From: Candidatus Latescibacterota bacterium
GTDB lineage: Bacteria > Latescibacterota > UBA2968 > UBA8231
Reading direction: 5' to 3'
Assembly: GCA_965248265.1 (NCBI GenBank)
Contig: CBDFJF010000001.1
Location: forward strand, 768,001 to 832,000
Length of the DNA: 64,000 nt
Shown in pieces: positions 1 to 10,422 of this stretch; positions within the stretch are counted from its first letter, which is position 1; every line of letters starts with the position of its first letter. The position numbers were made by a program, and so were the translations under genes. The notes below the pieces were generated by a model. The model ran no database searches. It saw nothing but the letters and a program-made list of their open reading frames with translations, and was not told where the DNA came from.

Positions 1-104
1 CGGAACACGGCTTTATTTGCCGTTGGCCCCCGATTGACTACAATGCCCCGCCAATGGCGAAGAGGTGACTGACCTGAGGCGTCTGGGATAAGCGGAGGAG
101 AGCC

Positions 105-938
105 ATGATCAAGCTGGGATGGTCGACTCGGGCCCCTGAGCCATCGGGATACGTAGACCAGATCGAGTTCGCCCGAGAGCTGGGGCTCGACATCACAGAT
201 TTCCACCTCCAGGGCATACCGAACGACCCGGCGTTCCTGCTCGGTCTCAAGATGCATTGTCTGAAAGCCGGGTTGCCGATCGGATATCTGGGCGCCGGGA
301 GCCTTGCGGGCCCTGCTGAGCAGAAGGACGAGCGGCTGGCCAAGGCCAAGGCAGACGTCGATATCGCGTCTTTTCTCGGTGCGCAACTGGTTCGTGTATT
401 CGCGAGAGGTAAATGGCCTGAAGACACCGTCGAGCAGGAGGCCGTTTGGGGCCCGCTGATCGAGTCCTTCCAGGAGCTTTGCGACTACTCGGCCGAGAAG
501 GGCGTCGTTTTGGGGCTCCAGAACCACAACCACGGCAGCTGCGCCATGAACGCCGATCTCGTGCTGAGGATATTGTCGGACACCAACCGCGACAACCTAA
601 CCTTCATCATGGACACGGGCCAGTGGCAAGGCTCACCAGGTACAGGATCTCCGCGAGGCTGGATGGACATCACGGTCGACATCTACAAGGACTACATAGA
701 GCGAACCGCCCAATTCGCTTCAGCCGTACGGGCAAAGATTTACAAGATCGACAACGGCCGAGAGGAGTGGCTGGACTACCCCCGGATCTTCAAGATCCTC
801 CATGCGGCCGGGTTCAACGGCAATGTTTCGATCTGCTTCGAAGGGGGCGCCCCGCCCCGCAATCGCTGCGACACCGAGGAGTGCATTAAGCTGGCGTCGC
901 ACCATCTGCGCGAGGTGATCGCCGAGGTCTACGGGTGA
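105..938 (+). CDS. Sugar phosphate isomerase/epimerase family (xylose isomerase-like TIM barrel)
   Basis: GAQLVRVF, GLQNHNH, FIMDTGQW, LDYPRIFKILHAAGFNGNVSICFEG motifs; GGAGG RBS. Confidence 0.85.
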   Translation: MIKLGWSTRAPEPSGYVDQIEFARELGLDITDFHLQGIPNDPAFLLGLKMHCLKAGLPIGYLGAGSLAGPAEQKDERLAKAKADVDIASFLGAQLVRVFARGKWPEDTVEQEAVWGPLIESFQELCDYSAEKGVVLGLQNHNHGSCAMNADLVLRILSDTNRDNLTFIMDTGQWQGSPGTGSPRGWMDITVDIYKDYIERTAQFASAVRAKIYKIDNGREEWLDYPRIFKILHAAGFNGNVSICFEGGAPPRNRCDTEECIKLASHHLREVIAEVYG

Positions 939-960
939 GACCCGAAAGGAGCCCTCCATA

Positions 961-2964
961 ATGCGAAGAGCTACAGCCACCGAAGTCTCCATTCCCGGAA
1001 TTGCCGAGATCACCGCGTCCGTCGTCGAGCCGCCGCCTGCCTGGGCCCTCATGCAACGCCAGCTCATCCACACGATTGAAGACGCTGTCGAGTTTTTCAA
1101 CCAGAAGTACACGTATCCGGGAGGCGGCCAGTTCTACACCTCGACCCTCGACGACGCCTACGAGACTCGTTCGGCGCGCGCCCAGCTTTACTACATCGGC
1201 GCCGAGGACGGCTTTCTCGATCTGGCACTCCAGGACTGGAATGCCACGACCCGCTTTTACGACGACGGCATCGTCGTCAAGCCCGGCGACCCAATCCACC
1301 AGAAGAGATACCACGCTCAGACGCACGACGAGTACTACAACGCCGCCGTCCCGCACGACTGCGACTGGTTCCACATGGGCGAAGGCAACCAGCCCTTTTA
1401 CGATTTCGGCGTAGCTTCCCCTGGGATCCCGGAGAACGCCCGGCGTGCCATGAGGTTCGCCGACATGTACATCGGGGAGGACCCACAGGCGCCCAACTAC
1501 GACAAGAGTCATCGCATTATCCGCTCGCCTCTTACCGGCAGTCGTGGGCCGCGGTTCCACGTCGACGCCAAGTTCGCCAAGAAGATGCTCGGTCCCACCG
1601 GTGGCTACCGCCGCGCCAAGATCAAGCCGCCGGGGCCACCTCCAACAGCGGCTACCCTCTACCCCGCGATCGCGAACCTTGAAGACGACTGGGACCGCGA
1701 TCAAAAGCGCAGGAACGAGATCACACAGCTCTTCGACCGAATGGTGCTGAACGGCGACATACCGATGAACCTCGCCGCCACCGGGCTGGTTACCAACGCG
1801 TATCTGTACACCGGCCACGATCGCTATAAGCAGTGGGTCCTCGATTACGTCGAGGCCTGGACGGACAGGATGAACCGGAACGGCGGTATGATTCCGGACA
1901 ACGTCGGTCCCACCGGCCAGATCGGCGAGCAGCGCGACGGCCAGCCCTGGGGCGGCGCCTGGGGCTGGGACGGCGGTCGCGCCGGCGCCGGTGACCTCCT
2001 CGTCGGCTCGCTGTGCGTAGCCGCCGAATGCGCGCAGCTCTTGACGGGCGACGACGGCTACCTCGATCTCCTGCGCTCCCAGCTCAAGCTCCTCATCGAC
2101 CAGGCGATCACCCAGGAAGGTGAGCTCCGCGTGCCGTACCGCTACGGGCGCGACGGTTGGTCCCACTTCAAGCCGATGAACATTCGCGACCTTGCGCATC
2201 TCTGGCACGCGTCGATGAACAAAGACGACTATGAGTTGATAACCCAGATTCGGGACGGCACGAAGAGTGTTGACTGGAACCAGGCCCAAGGAGGTAAAGA
2301 CAAAGGGGCCGGCCAGTCGGAGCCCGCGCGGTTCCAGTACTACGAGGGCGTGAATCCGAGCTGGCCGGAAGATATGATGCGCGCGGAGTACGATCACGTA
2401 GTCCGCCACTTTCAGGCGATGCGCGAAGATCCCCGAGACCTGGAGACCATGGCCCACGATGCCTTCTGGCCGCCCAACCCCTGCGTCTCGAAGGGCCTCA
2501 TCGAGGTTGCGATGGGCACTCCGCAGAACATCTACCGGGGCGGCCTGCTCAGAGCGCGGGTCCGCTATTTCGATAGGGACCGAAGTCGAGCCGGCCTACC
2601 CCCGGACGTGGGGGCGCTCGTCTTCAAGCTCGAGGCAGAGAGCGCCGGCGTGCACCTGGTCAACCTCAGCAACACTGAACGCAGGCGACTGATCGTCCAG
2701 GCAGGGGCATTCGGGGAACACCAGGTGACTGCGGTCGGATACGACGCGCAAAGCAGGGAGGGCCTGGGGGCAAACCCGTCGCAGTGGCAACGGCAAGACT
2801 GGCCAGTGTCGGAGGCCTCGGTTTCCGTCGACGACAAGTATTTCGCGGTTGAGCTGCCGCCATCCACATCCATCAAGCTGGAGATCCGGATGCGGCGCTT
2901 CGCCAACCAGCCGACCTACGCCTTCCCGTGGCACGGCGACAGGCCCCCAATCCCATTCTTGTAG
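961..2964 (+). CDS. Uncharacterised 667-aa protein; paralogue of 29889..31862
   Basis: Long ORF sharing WxHMGEGN, NLAATGLVTNAYLYTG, IPDNVGPTG, QAGAFGEHQ, RRFANQPxYAFPWHGD with the paralogue. Confidence 0.85.
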   Translation: MRRATATEVSIPGIAEITASVVEPPPAWALMQRQLIHTIEDAVEFFNQKYTYPGGGQFYTSTLDDAYETRSARAQLYYIGAEDGFLDLALQDWNATTRFYDDGIVVKPGDPIHQKRYHAQTHDEYYNAAVPHDCDWFHMGEGNQPFYDFGVASPGIPENARRAMRFADMYIGEDPQAPNYDKSHRIIRSPLTGSRGPRFHVDAKFAKKMLGPTGGYRRAKIKPPGPPPTAATLYPAIANLEDDWDRDQKRRNEITQLFDRMVLNGDIPMNLAATGLVTNAYLYTGHDRYKQWVLDYVEAWTDRMNRNGGMIPDNVGPTGQIGEQRDGQPWGGAWGWDGGRAGAGDLLVGSLCVAAECAQLLTGDDGYLDLLRSQLKLLIDQAITQEGELRVPYRYGRDGWSHFKPMNIRDLAHLWHASMNKDDYELITQIRDGTKSVDWNQAQGGKDKGAGQSEPARFQYYEGVNPSWPEDMMRAEYDHVVRHFQAMREDPRDLETMAHDAFWPPNPCVSKGLIEVAMGTPQNIYRGGLLRARVRYFDRDRSRAGLPPDVGALVFKLEAESAGVHLVNLSNTERRRLIVQAGAFGEHQVTAVGYDAQSREGLGANPSQWQRQDWPVSEASVSVDDKYFAVELPPSTSIKLEIRMRRFANQPTYAFPWHGDRPPIPFL

Positions 2965-3033
2965 GTGCTCCCGTACCTGGCTTGACCGAAACGACTGGCT
3001 TCCCGTCGGATTGGGAGAGTGACTTGAGCGACC

Positions 3034-3340
3034 TTATTGCGCGCAGTATCTTCGATACCAGGTGGTGACGTCCTTATGCAGGCGACAAACCACGACCGGT
3101 CCGAGCATCTGGTAGGGCCGAGATGGTCCCAGCGCAGGCCCCGTTACATCGTGAACGTCTTCGTTCCAAGGTATGATGACGCTCTCGACCAGACGACATA
3201 CCGCCCTGCCTTCTCCGTACAGAAGACATCGGAAATGCACCTCCGCAACAGTGTTTGTAGCGCCTTACGAGCTCGGAAAACGCCTGTTCCGCCCCCGAAA
3301 GAGCCTGTCGGACCAATTCGGCATCGGTGGTTCGCGTCAT
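3034..3340 (-). pseudogene. Decayed ECF sigma-70 factor, N-terminal remnant
   Basis: AAGGAG RBS then MTRTTDAELVRQALSGAEQAFSELVRRY (ECF region 1.2/2.1); similarity then lost; weak region-2-like text (EDVHDVT..PYQML..TWY) in another frame. Confidence 0.6.
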
Positions 3341-3497
3341 TTTACTCCTTAAGTGCACTCGGAATGGAGACGCAGATCCACCAAAAGGTAACACCCTGAA
3401 GCCACACTTCTGCCCATCTCTCAGGTTTTGGGGAGATTTGGCGTCCGTGCCACGGATGCCCACAACGATGCCCGCCCTTTTCTCATCTCGGCCCTCA

Positions 3498-6305
3498 CTA
3501 CCGTGTCAGCCGGCTCTCGAGTTTCGGTGGTTGCTCGAGCCGCTGGCGCACGACAGCGGCCAGGCTCAACGAAGCATGAGCAGCTTCCTCGTCGCCTCGA
3601 ACCGTCTCCCGGCGCCCCGGCACGCGAGCCAGCAGCTGGTAGACGTACAGGCCGCTGGAAAGGACCTGTCCGGCATCGTTGCGGCCATCCCACGAGAGCC
3701 GGTAAGTGCCCGGCTCACGCGGTCCCTGCACTAGCGTCGCCACGCGCTGGCCGGTGACGTTGTAGACCGTCAACTTGACCTCGCCCCGGTACGGCAGATC
3801 ATAGGTGATCACCGTCCGGCTATTGAACGGATTGGGGAAGTTCTGTCCGAGGGAGTAATCCGCTGGGGTGACCTCCCCGGACCGCTCTTCGAGCACGGCG
3901 CTGGCCGTGCCGCCGCCTGACGTGACCAGGCGGATGTCGTCGAGGAAGAACCGTCCTTGCAGAAAGCCGAACAGACCGATGCTTACGATGGCGTCCTGCA
4001 GGCCGAGCTCTGACAGGGGGATCTCGACTTGCTGCCACGCCTTCTCGTCCAGATCCACGAGCCCCTCTTCCAGCAGTCCGATGAAACTGGGCCGCGACTC
4101 TGTGCTCTCGAGCACGACGACGATGTCGGGAGGGGGAGCATCCGAGGACGGAGGAGCGCCCGTGGGCGGCGGCGAGAGCTCGCCGGGATGGAAGGCGAAG
4201 CTCAGGGCCTCGAACTCCTCGATAGGCAGCGGCGTGTCCAGCTCGATCCGGAGCTGGAACCCCGCGGGCTCGTCCTCGTCGGGAGGTTGCCCGGCTTCGA
4301 TGGCGAGGGCGAACTGACCTTCGAACACCGGCGCCGTCGAGAAGAAATCGAACTGCCCTATATCGGCCGTGAGATTATCGGCCAGGGGAGCCGCGTCACT
4401 GAACAGCACGAAGTCTTCCCTGATGTCGGAGAGCACAGGGATAATCCTGGTCAGGACGGTTTCGTGCAGTCCAACGGTGGTCATCTGCCGTATGATGACG
4501 CGGACCGGTCGATCGCCGGGTTCACCGGCGGCGGCGAATCTGGCGTCGAGCCCGTAGGACCCGTCCGCATTTACGCTCAGCTGCAGGTCGGCGAGCCCAC
4601 CCAGAGCGGTGAGATCGGCCACGACGGCGTCGATGCGCCCTCCCTCCTCAAACACTGCAGGCCTGACCGTCGCCTTCAACACCACGGTCTGGCCGAGGCG
4701 CACGGCGTCGGGGAAATCCGCTTGCCAGGTGCTCGGTGCCGCGCGCGTGAATGCTTCGCGTCCCTCGAACACGCGGATCCGTTGGCCGGCCCCGATGTCC
4801 TGGAACGAATCGAGCTGGCCCGAAGGCCACTGGATCTCGAGTTCGTCCACCGATGCGTGCGGCCCCAGGCCGAGGTGGATCAACATCTCGCTCTGCGTGA
4901 AGCCGGTCCCTGCCCGCAGTTCCCGCAACAGCTCGAGATCGCCAGCGCGGGCTCTCACGCGGGCGCCGACACCGTCGCGATTGCTCTCAATCCCTACCAG
5001 TTCCAGCTGCAGCCAGTGGTTCTGCGGGGTGCTTTCTGTGCGGTATAAAGCCGGGTCCGCCACCAGACCGAAGCCCCCGCCACCGCCTGCGATCCACAGA
5101 TCCTGATACCCGTTGCCGTCGTGGTCGGCGACGGCGAAGAAACCCGGCGTCGTGATGCCCAGGCCGTCGAGGTGCTCACCGAAGTCGCCCTGTCCGCCGT
5201 TGACGAACAGCCGGATGAATGGAGATCCGATCACCAGATCGAGATCGCCATCGTTGTCCACGTCAAATAGCTCGGTGATCGCGTTCTCGGACAAGTAGGT
5301 CGGCAAGACGTCGTACAACGCGCCTAGTCCGGCCTCTCTCGCCACGTTCGTGAAGCGGCCCTCACCATCATTGGCGAACAGGAAGGAAGGGGAAGGCACC
5401 GACGGATCGTCCTCGCCGCCGCCGCCGCCGGCCTGAAAGATGTCGATGTCTCCGTCCTGATCGATGTCCCCGACGGCCACCCCGAACACTTTGCCCTCGT
5501 CGGCGAGGGTGGCGGTCGTGGCATCGCGGAAGGCCTGCCCGGACTCGCTGAGGAACAGCCGGTTCGAGCCCTGCCACACTCCCACGTACAGGTCCGGCCA
5601 GTCGTCGTTGTCGAAATCGGCGGCCGCCATGCCGTGGCCGCTGCCGCCACCAGTGGTGTGCAGCTGCACGTCCAGGCCCACGGCGTTCGTCACGTCCGAG
5701 AAGGTGCCGTCACCATTGTTGCGCTGTAGCTTGTTGCGGAGCGTCGGATCCTCGACATCGAAACCCGGAAAGAGCCAGTGACCGAGGTACAGATCGAGGT
5801 TCCCATCCCGGTCGTAGTCCAGCCATATGGCGTTGTCGGTCGGCGCCTCCTCGACGAGGCCGGCATCGGACGCCACGTCGGTGAAGCGGCCGCCGTCATT
5901 GCGCAGTAGCAGATCCTGAGCGCGACTGAGTGCGTGTCCGGACGAGACGAACAGATCGGCATCGCCGTCGTTGTCGAAGTCGGCGAATGCGGCGCCGCCG
6001 CCGCGCATCGCCCGCGGCATCAGCCTCGGGATTGACGGCCTCAGAACACTCGTGACGTCTGCGAAGTGACTTCCCCCACCGTTCTCCAGCAGACGGAACG
6101 CCGGAGCCCCAAAAGCGGCCAGGAAGAGATCGGGGAGCCCGTCGTTGTTGTAGTCCGTGAAAGCGATGCCTCCGGCGGAGACCTGTCCGGACAGCAACCG
6201 CCCGACGGCTCCTTCTGTGATATTAGTGAACAGATCCTGCGCTCTCGACGGAGCCGATGGAATCGCCAGGCAGATGATGCATGTCAGCCATGTCTTCACA
6301 GTCAT
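3498..6305 (-). CDS. Secreted FG-GAP-repeat / ASPIC-UnbV (CRTAC1-like) protein with C-terminal FlgD-Ig/T9SS-like domain
   Basis: Signal peptide; repeated DYNNDGLPDL/DFDNDGDADL motifs; SNRDGVGARV..LHLGLG; LGQNFPNPFN..WDGRNDAG tail; likely true stop at 3566 after a frameshift. Confidence 0.9.
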   Translation of the reverse strand: MTVKTWLTCIICLAIPSAPSRAQDLFTNITEGAVGRLLSGQVSAGGIAFTDYNNDGLPDLFLAAFGAPAFRLLENGGGSHFADVTSVLRPSIPRLMPRAMRGGGAAFADFDNDGDADLFVSSGHALSRAQDLLLRNDGGRFTDVASDAGLVEEAPTDNAIWLDYDRDGNLDLYLGHWLFPGFDVEDPTLRNKLQRNNGDGTFSDVTNAVGLDVQLHTTGGGSGHGMAAADFDNDDWPDLYVGVWQGSNRLFLSESGQAFRDATTATLADEGKVFGVAVGDIDQDGDIDIFQAGGGGGEDDPSVPSPSFLFANDGEGRFTNVAREAGLGALYDVLPTYLSENAITELFDVDNDGDLDLVIGSPFIRLFVNGGQGDFGEHLDGLGITTPGFFAVADHDGNGYQDLWIAGGGGGFGLVADPALYRTESTPQNHWLQLELVGIESNRDGVGARVRARAGDLELLRELRAGTGFTQSEMLIHLGLGPHASVDELEIQWPSGQLDSFQDIGAGQRIRVFEGREAFTRAAPSTWQADFPDAVRLGQTVVLKATVRPAVFEEGGRIDAVVADLTALGGLADLQLSVNADGSYGLDARFAAAGEPGDRPVRVIIRQMTTVGLHETVLTRIIPVLSDIREDFVLFSDAAPLADNLTADIGQFDFFSTAPVFEGQFALAIEAGQPPDEDEPAGFQLRIELDTPLPIEEFEALSFAFHPGELSPPPTGAPPSSDAPPPDIVVVLESTESRPSFIGLLEEGLVDLDEKAWQQVEIPLSELGLQDAIVSIGLFGFLQGRFFLDDIRLVTSGGGTASAVLEERSGEVTPADYSLGQNFPNPFNSRTVITYDLPYRGEVKLTVYNVTGQRVATLVQGPREPGTYRLSWDGRNDAGQVLSSGLYVYQLLARVPGRRETVRGDEEAAHASLSLAAVVRQRLEQPPKLESRLTR

Positions 6306-6382
6306 GTCGGATGCCCTCTCAATTGCATGCGGTGTATCGCGGATCGATCATTATACAGTCAAGACGCAGAGTTCAAATACGG

Positions 6383-6699
6383 TCAGCAAGACGCGGAGTC
6401 CGTGCAATAATACCGGAGTATGATCTCCCACGGCTCACGCTTGTGGCGGGCGTTGGCGTCGATCCACTCCAGGATCGCTGCGTCGCCGAGGCCAGCGGCG
6501 AGCTGCTCTTTCAGCTGCTCGGGATCGATACCGGCGAAGTTGATGAAGTGCTGGTCCATGTTGCAGGCATAATGGTACTCGCCATGCCGTCCGGCGATGG
6601 TAGCCCGCCCTTATCCAGCATGCGCGCCAGCATGACATAGCCGCCTAGCCGCAGCCTGGGGCTGCGAGGCGGCCGTTGAGTGAGGTCTGGTGCAACCAT
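6383..6699 (-). pseudogene. DUF5069-like protein, frameshifted near 6607 and truncated
   Basis: MVAPDLTQRPPRSPRLRLGGYVMLARMLDKG continues in another frame as RATIAGRHGEYHYACNMDQHFINFAGIDPEQL. Confidence 0.7.
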
Positions 6700-6815
6700 T
6701 GCATCTGTCACTGTGGCCTTCTCCATGCTTGAAGTGTGGGTTTGCGGCAGATTGGATCTGCCAGTTTCGCCCTGAGACCAGTGCCCGATCATGGGCATCG
6801 GGGTGCCGTACTCAC

Positions 6816-8840
6816 TCATTCCATGCCTGTACGAAGGGGCAGCGCGATCGTGACCTCGGTCCCTCTGCCGACGTCACTGTCGATCTGTATCTCTCCCTGG
6901 TGATCCTGGATGATTCGGTAGTCAGCCGCCAGGCCGAATCCCATCTTCATGCGCTTTCCCGCCGCCTGGAAGTCGAAGTCGAAGATGCGCTCCAGCTGAT
7001 CTTCCGGGATCCCTCTCCCCGAGTCTTGGATACGGATGATCACCAAGCCCTCGGCACCGCTCGTTGTGATCTTGATCTCCCCAGACCCGTCGGTCGCAGC
7101 GATCGCATTCTTCAACAGGTGCATGAAGACCTGGTTGAGCTGACCGGGTGAACAATAGATCGGAGCGATGTCACCATAGATTCTGGAGACGGTGATTTGC
7201 TCTCCGAGTTGCGACTGTAGAAGTGCCAGGGAACTGTCGAGACCTTCGTGCAGGTCAACGGTCTGGAACTCCGCCTCGTCCAACCGGGCGAAGTTTCGCA
7301 GACTGCCCACGATATCGCTGGCGCGTTCGATCCCCACCGATACGACCTTATTGGCGTCGTCCATGACGGACAGCATCGACTGTACTTTTCCGGCTTCTCC
7401 CAGGCTTTCGGGATGTTCCGTTGCCAGGATCTGACACAGCTTCTCGGTGGCCCGCACGAGTGTGTCATGCATGCTCTTTGCGGCTCCGATGGGTGTATTC
7501 ATCTCGTGCGCAACCCCGGATACCAGATCGCCCAAGGAAGCCATCTTCTCCTGCATGACGAGTTGGTTCTGCGTTTCTCTGAGCAGGCGCAGGTTCTCTT
7601 CCAGGGCCTTATTCTGCTCCTCCAACCGCTGAAAATCGAGATAGCGGACATAGCCCAATGACAGGGCGGCCGTCAGCTCCTGGATGATGTTCAGGTGCTC
7701 CGGCGCATATCCTCGATGACGAACATTGACCCAGCCATACTGAAACGGCACACCGGTGATCGGCCATTCGGGGCCTATAATCGGCAGCGGCGCGTCAAAG
7801 CCGCAGTATGCCCACAAATCCCGGGTTTCTTCCAGATCCTCCTCCACTGTTCTTATCTCGGTCCACATCTCCCCACTGCGCCACTGTTTCATTTCTTTAT
7901 CCCAGCTGGAGTCCAGGAGTGATTCGGAGGTCATTGTCGCTATATCTTTACTCAATTCCACGAGGCGGGGATTGGTCCACGAAACGCCGTACTTATGGGG
8001 AGTCACCATGGCAGTGTACCCTATGATCCGCTTTTTCTCTTCATTTACGAAGCGAACGGAGCATATCGGTGCGTCTATGCCCAGATTCTGCACCTCCTGG
8101 AACATCAGCACGATGACGTCGAGCATGTCATCGGAGCCGCGCATCGAGAGCGCTTCTGCCCGGATGCGTTCGATCAGCTTGTCGCGGGCAACGAGGCGAA
8201 GGTTTTCCTCCAGTTCCTCGAAGTCGAGAAAGCGTCTGTAGCCAAGCGCAAGGGCATCGGTCATGGCTGCGACAAGAGGCGAGTACACATCGGGGTGCTC
8301 GTGGTGTCGCACCGAGACCCAGCCATATTTGAAGGGGACGTTGTTGGTGATCCACGGAGGACCCATTGCTTCCTGAGGTCCGGAGAGTCCGAAGTACTCG
8401 ATGAACGACTGCAGCACTGCTGCGTCCTCCTCGTAGCTGCGCGAGACATGCCAGACGTCACCCCCGCGCCAGTAATCCAGGTCTGCCTCCCAATCGTCCG
8501 TGATAGGGACGTCCATCTTGGCCGTCGCCGTGTCGTCGTCGATCTCAACCAGATCCGGATGGGTCCATGTCCGACCGCCCTTCCGCGGGTTGGGGAAAGC
8601 CACGTACAGGATGATGCGCTGTTGATCTTCATTGACGAAGAAAAAGGCACAGGCTGGAGTCTCGATGCCCAGACGCCATAGTTCATGGTACATCTTCAGG
8701 CTGACGTTCATCAGATCGCTGCTAGATCGCATCGACACCACTTCCGCAAGGATCCTGTCGGATGCTCTCTCCCAAGCCAACTGCTGCTGCAGCGTGGCCA
8801 GCTGGGCCTGCAACTCCTTTGTCGTTACCGCCTTCGCCAT
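6816..8840 (-). CDS. Cytoplasmic sensor histidine kinase with two tandem GAF-like input domains
   Basis: QEKMASLGDLVSGVAHEMNTP H-box, QLNQVFMHLLKNA N-box, DSGRGI G1; internal duplication (VPFKYGWVSVRH / VPFQYGWVNVRH). Confidence 0.9.
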   Translation of the reverse strand: MAKAVTTKELQAQLATLQQQLAWERASDRILAEVVSMRSSSDLMNVSLKMYHELWRLGIETPACAFFFVNEDQQRIILYVAFPNPRKGGRTWTHPDLVEIDDDTATAKMDVPITDDWEADLDYWRGGDVWHVSRSYEEDAAVLQSFIEYFGLSGPQEAMGPPWITNNVPFKYGWVSVRHHEHPDVYSPLVAAMTDALALGYRRFLDFEELEENLRLVARDKLIERIRAEALSMRGSDDMLDVIVLMFQEVQNLGIDAPICSVRFVNEEKKRIIGYTAMVTPHKYGVSWTNPRLVELSKDIATMTSESLLDSSWDKEMKQWRSGEMWTEIRTVEEDLEETRDLWAYCGFDAPLPIIGPEWPITGVPFQYGWVNVRHRGYAPEHLNIIQELTAALSLGYVRYLDFQRLEEQNKALEENLRLLRETQNQLVMQEKMASLGDLVSGVAHEMNTPIGAAKSMHDTLVRATEKLCQILATEHPESLGEAGKVQSMLSVMDDANKVVSVGIERASDIVGSLRNFARLDEAEFQTVDLHEGLDSSLALLQSQLGEQITVSRIYGDIAPIYCSPGQLNQVFMHLLKNAIAATDGSGEIKITTSGAEGLVIIRIQDSGRGIPEDQLERIFDFDFQAAGKRMKMGFGLAADYRIIQDHQGEIQIDSDVGRGTEVTIALPLRTGME

Positions 8841-9410
8841 CTGGCCTGCTCCGGAGGGTCGGATGGAACTGAGGGATATGATAGTGGCCTGCGGACACCT
8901 GAGCGATCTGAGGAGCCCCTATCGCTCGTGACGCTGTCGTTTCTGTAGGATTGCGTCGGCATTACTTTTCTCGCCTAGTACGAGGGCCCTCTCTAGATCT
9001 GACAATCCCACGTCCGCCTCGTGGCGACGGTCGAAGAATCTGTAGTACCAATCCCCTGCTGGTCACGGCCGGACTGACCAACTCGACGCCGAGCCGCATC
9101 AAGGCACGCTTAGCGCCCTCTAACCCGCGAGGTGGCTGTTCCGGCTGGTAATATGGGGACATCTCCGGCCATAAGGAATACTCATCGAAACCCACGTCAT
9201 CTTGTCCATCGGCAAGTGGACTGCTCTGATGGCATAGTCCCGATAATCCCCCTTTTCGCGAGTCGACGCCCCAGACATGATGAGCAAAGGCAAGGAAACT
9301 GAAGTGGACCCGTGGACACGTCATGTATCCCCGCTTCGTTACTGGTGCCGCGTACTTCAACGTCGACCTAGTGGTCAGAAAGTGCATCGAGAGACTCGAC
9401 TGTCCATCAG

Positions 9411-9449
9411 TGACAGAATCCGATGCTCGGGCCTGCCTTGTGACTGTTC
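9411..9449 (+). repeat. Dispersed intergenic repeat, copy 1 (copy 2 at 32869..32911)
   Basis: Exact 19-mer TGACAGAATCCGATGCTCG plus downstream CTTGT(G/A)A(C/T)TGTTC. Confidence 0.7.
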
Positions 9450-9475
9450 ACAGGGCCTCTCATCTTACTTTCAGC

Positions 9476-9523
9476 CTACAGATCGCAGTTATTGCACGTC
9501 TACAGATCGCAGTTATTGCACGT
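9476..9523 (+). repeat. Perfect 2 x 24-bp tandem duplication
   Basis: CTACAGATCGCAGTTATTGCACGT twice. Confidence 0.95.
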
Positions 9524-9585
9524 ACAATTGCTCGGCTCGGTCCGGATGAGTTCGGGCACGGATATGGAAAGGTCCGGCTTTTTCA

Positions 9586-10422
9586 GTGATCAGATTCGGC
9601 GTTTCAGGGAGCACGATACTGTCCGATCCAGATCGAGTGGACGAGCTGTTCTGGGACGGTATCGACCATGTTGAGGTGGGTGCGCTTTCCTCTCCCGCGG
9701 CACTCGACAATGTGCTCGCACGGGCTCGACAGGGGTCTATTAGTGTAGGTTTCCATTCGCCGCTGTTTCGAGGGGGCAGCAAATACGACCTCCTGATGCA
9801 CGTCGAGGGAACTCCTGAGCTGGCATGGCAGCAGCTTGAGGAAGAATTATCCATCGCTCAAAAGAACCAGAGCGAGTACCTCCTCGTACATTTTCCCTAC
9901 TTCTCACTGGCCTCCGAGCAAGACCCCATCCCTCAGATTGAAGCCGGATTGTCACGGCTGCGTGCCTTGCAGGACAGGTTTGAGACCAAAGTGCTGTGTG
10001 AACCCAAGCTTGGGCTCAGACGAGATTTGGGAGGGATTGGTATCCTGCAGGCCTATCCCGTTAGCAAGTGGTGCGACTTTGGCCTATCAATGTGTTGGGA
10101 CATGGGCGATTACCTCCTGGCATCAAACACTCTGGAGGAATGCAGGTCGGAGTTGCATCGATGGTCTGAGGTAATTGATGTGATCCATGTCCACAACGTG
10201 AAAGTGACGGCGGAACAGCACTACTGGATCGCGATCCATCCATCTCATGAAAGCGGTGAAGAGTATTTCACCGTCAAACCTTTGCTCCTTGATGCAGCAG
10301 CAATGGATATACTGTTAGTGTGGGAGCACACGCCTCACTTTACACCCGACCACAGCTTCGCATTGGCAGGATTTCAATGGGCAAAAGAGGTTCTCGGATC
10401 GACTCCAAACAGGGGCGGGTAA
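9586..10422 (+). CDS. Xylose isomerase-like TIM-barrel protein
   Basis: GFHSPL, LLVHFPY, CWDMGD, IHVHN, VWEH metal-ligand pattern. Confidence 0.7.
   Translation: MIRFGVSGSTILSDPDRVDELFWDGIDHVEVGALSSPAALDNVLARARQGSISVGFHSPLFRGGSKYDLLMHVEGTPELAWQQLEEELSIAQKNQSEYLLVHFPYFSLASEQDPIPQIEAGLSRLRALQDRFETKVLCEPKLGLRRDLGGIGILQAYPVSKWCDFGLSMCWDMGDYLLASNTLEECRSELHRWSEVIDVIHVHNVKVTAEQHYWIAIHPSHESGEEYFTVKPLLLDAAAMDILLVWEHTPHFTPDHSFALAGFQWAKEVLGSTPNRGG

Noticed and set aside
8962-9387. Sulfatase remnant (GFDEYSLW)
   Set aside because: A single short motif, insufficient support.
9476-9523. 24-bp repeat as a mini-CRISPR
   Set aside because: The units are directly adjacent, with no spacer.
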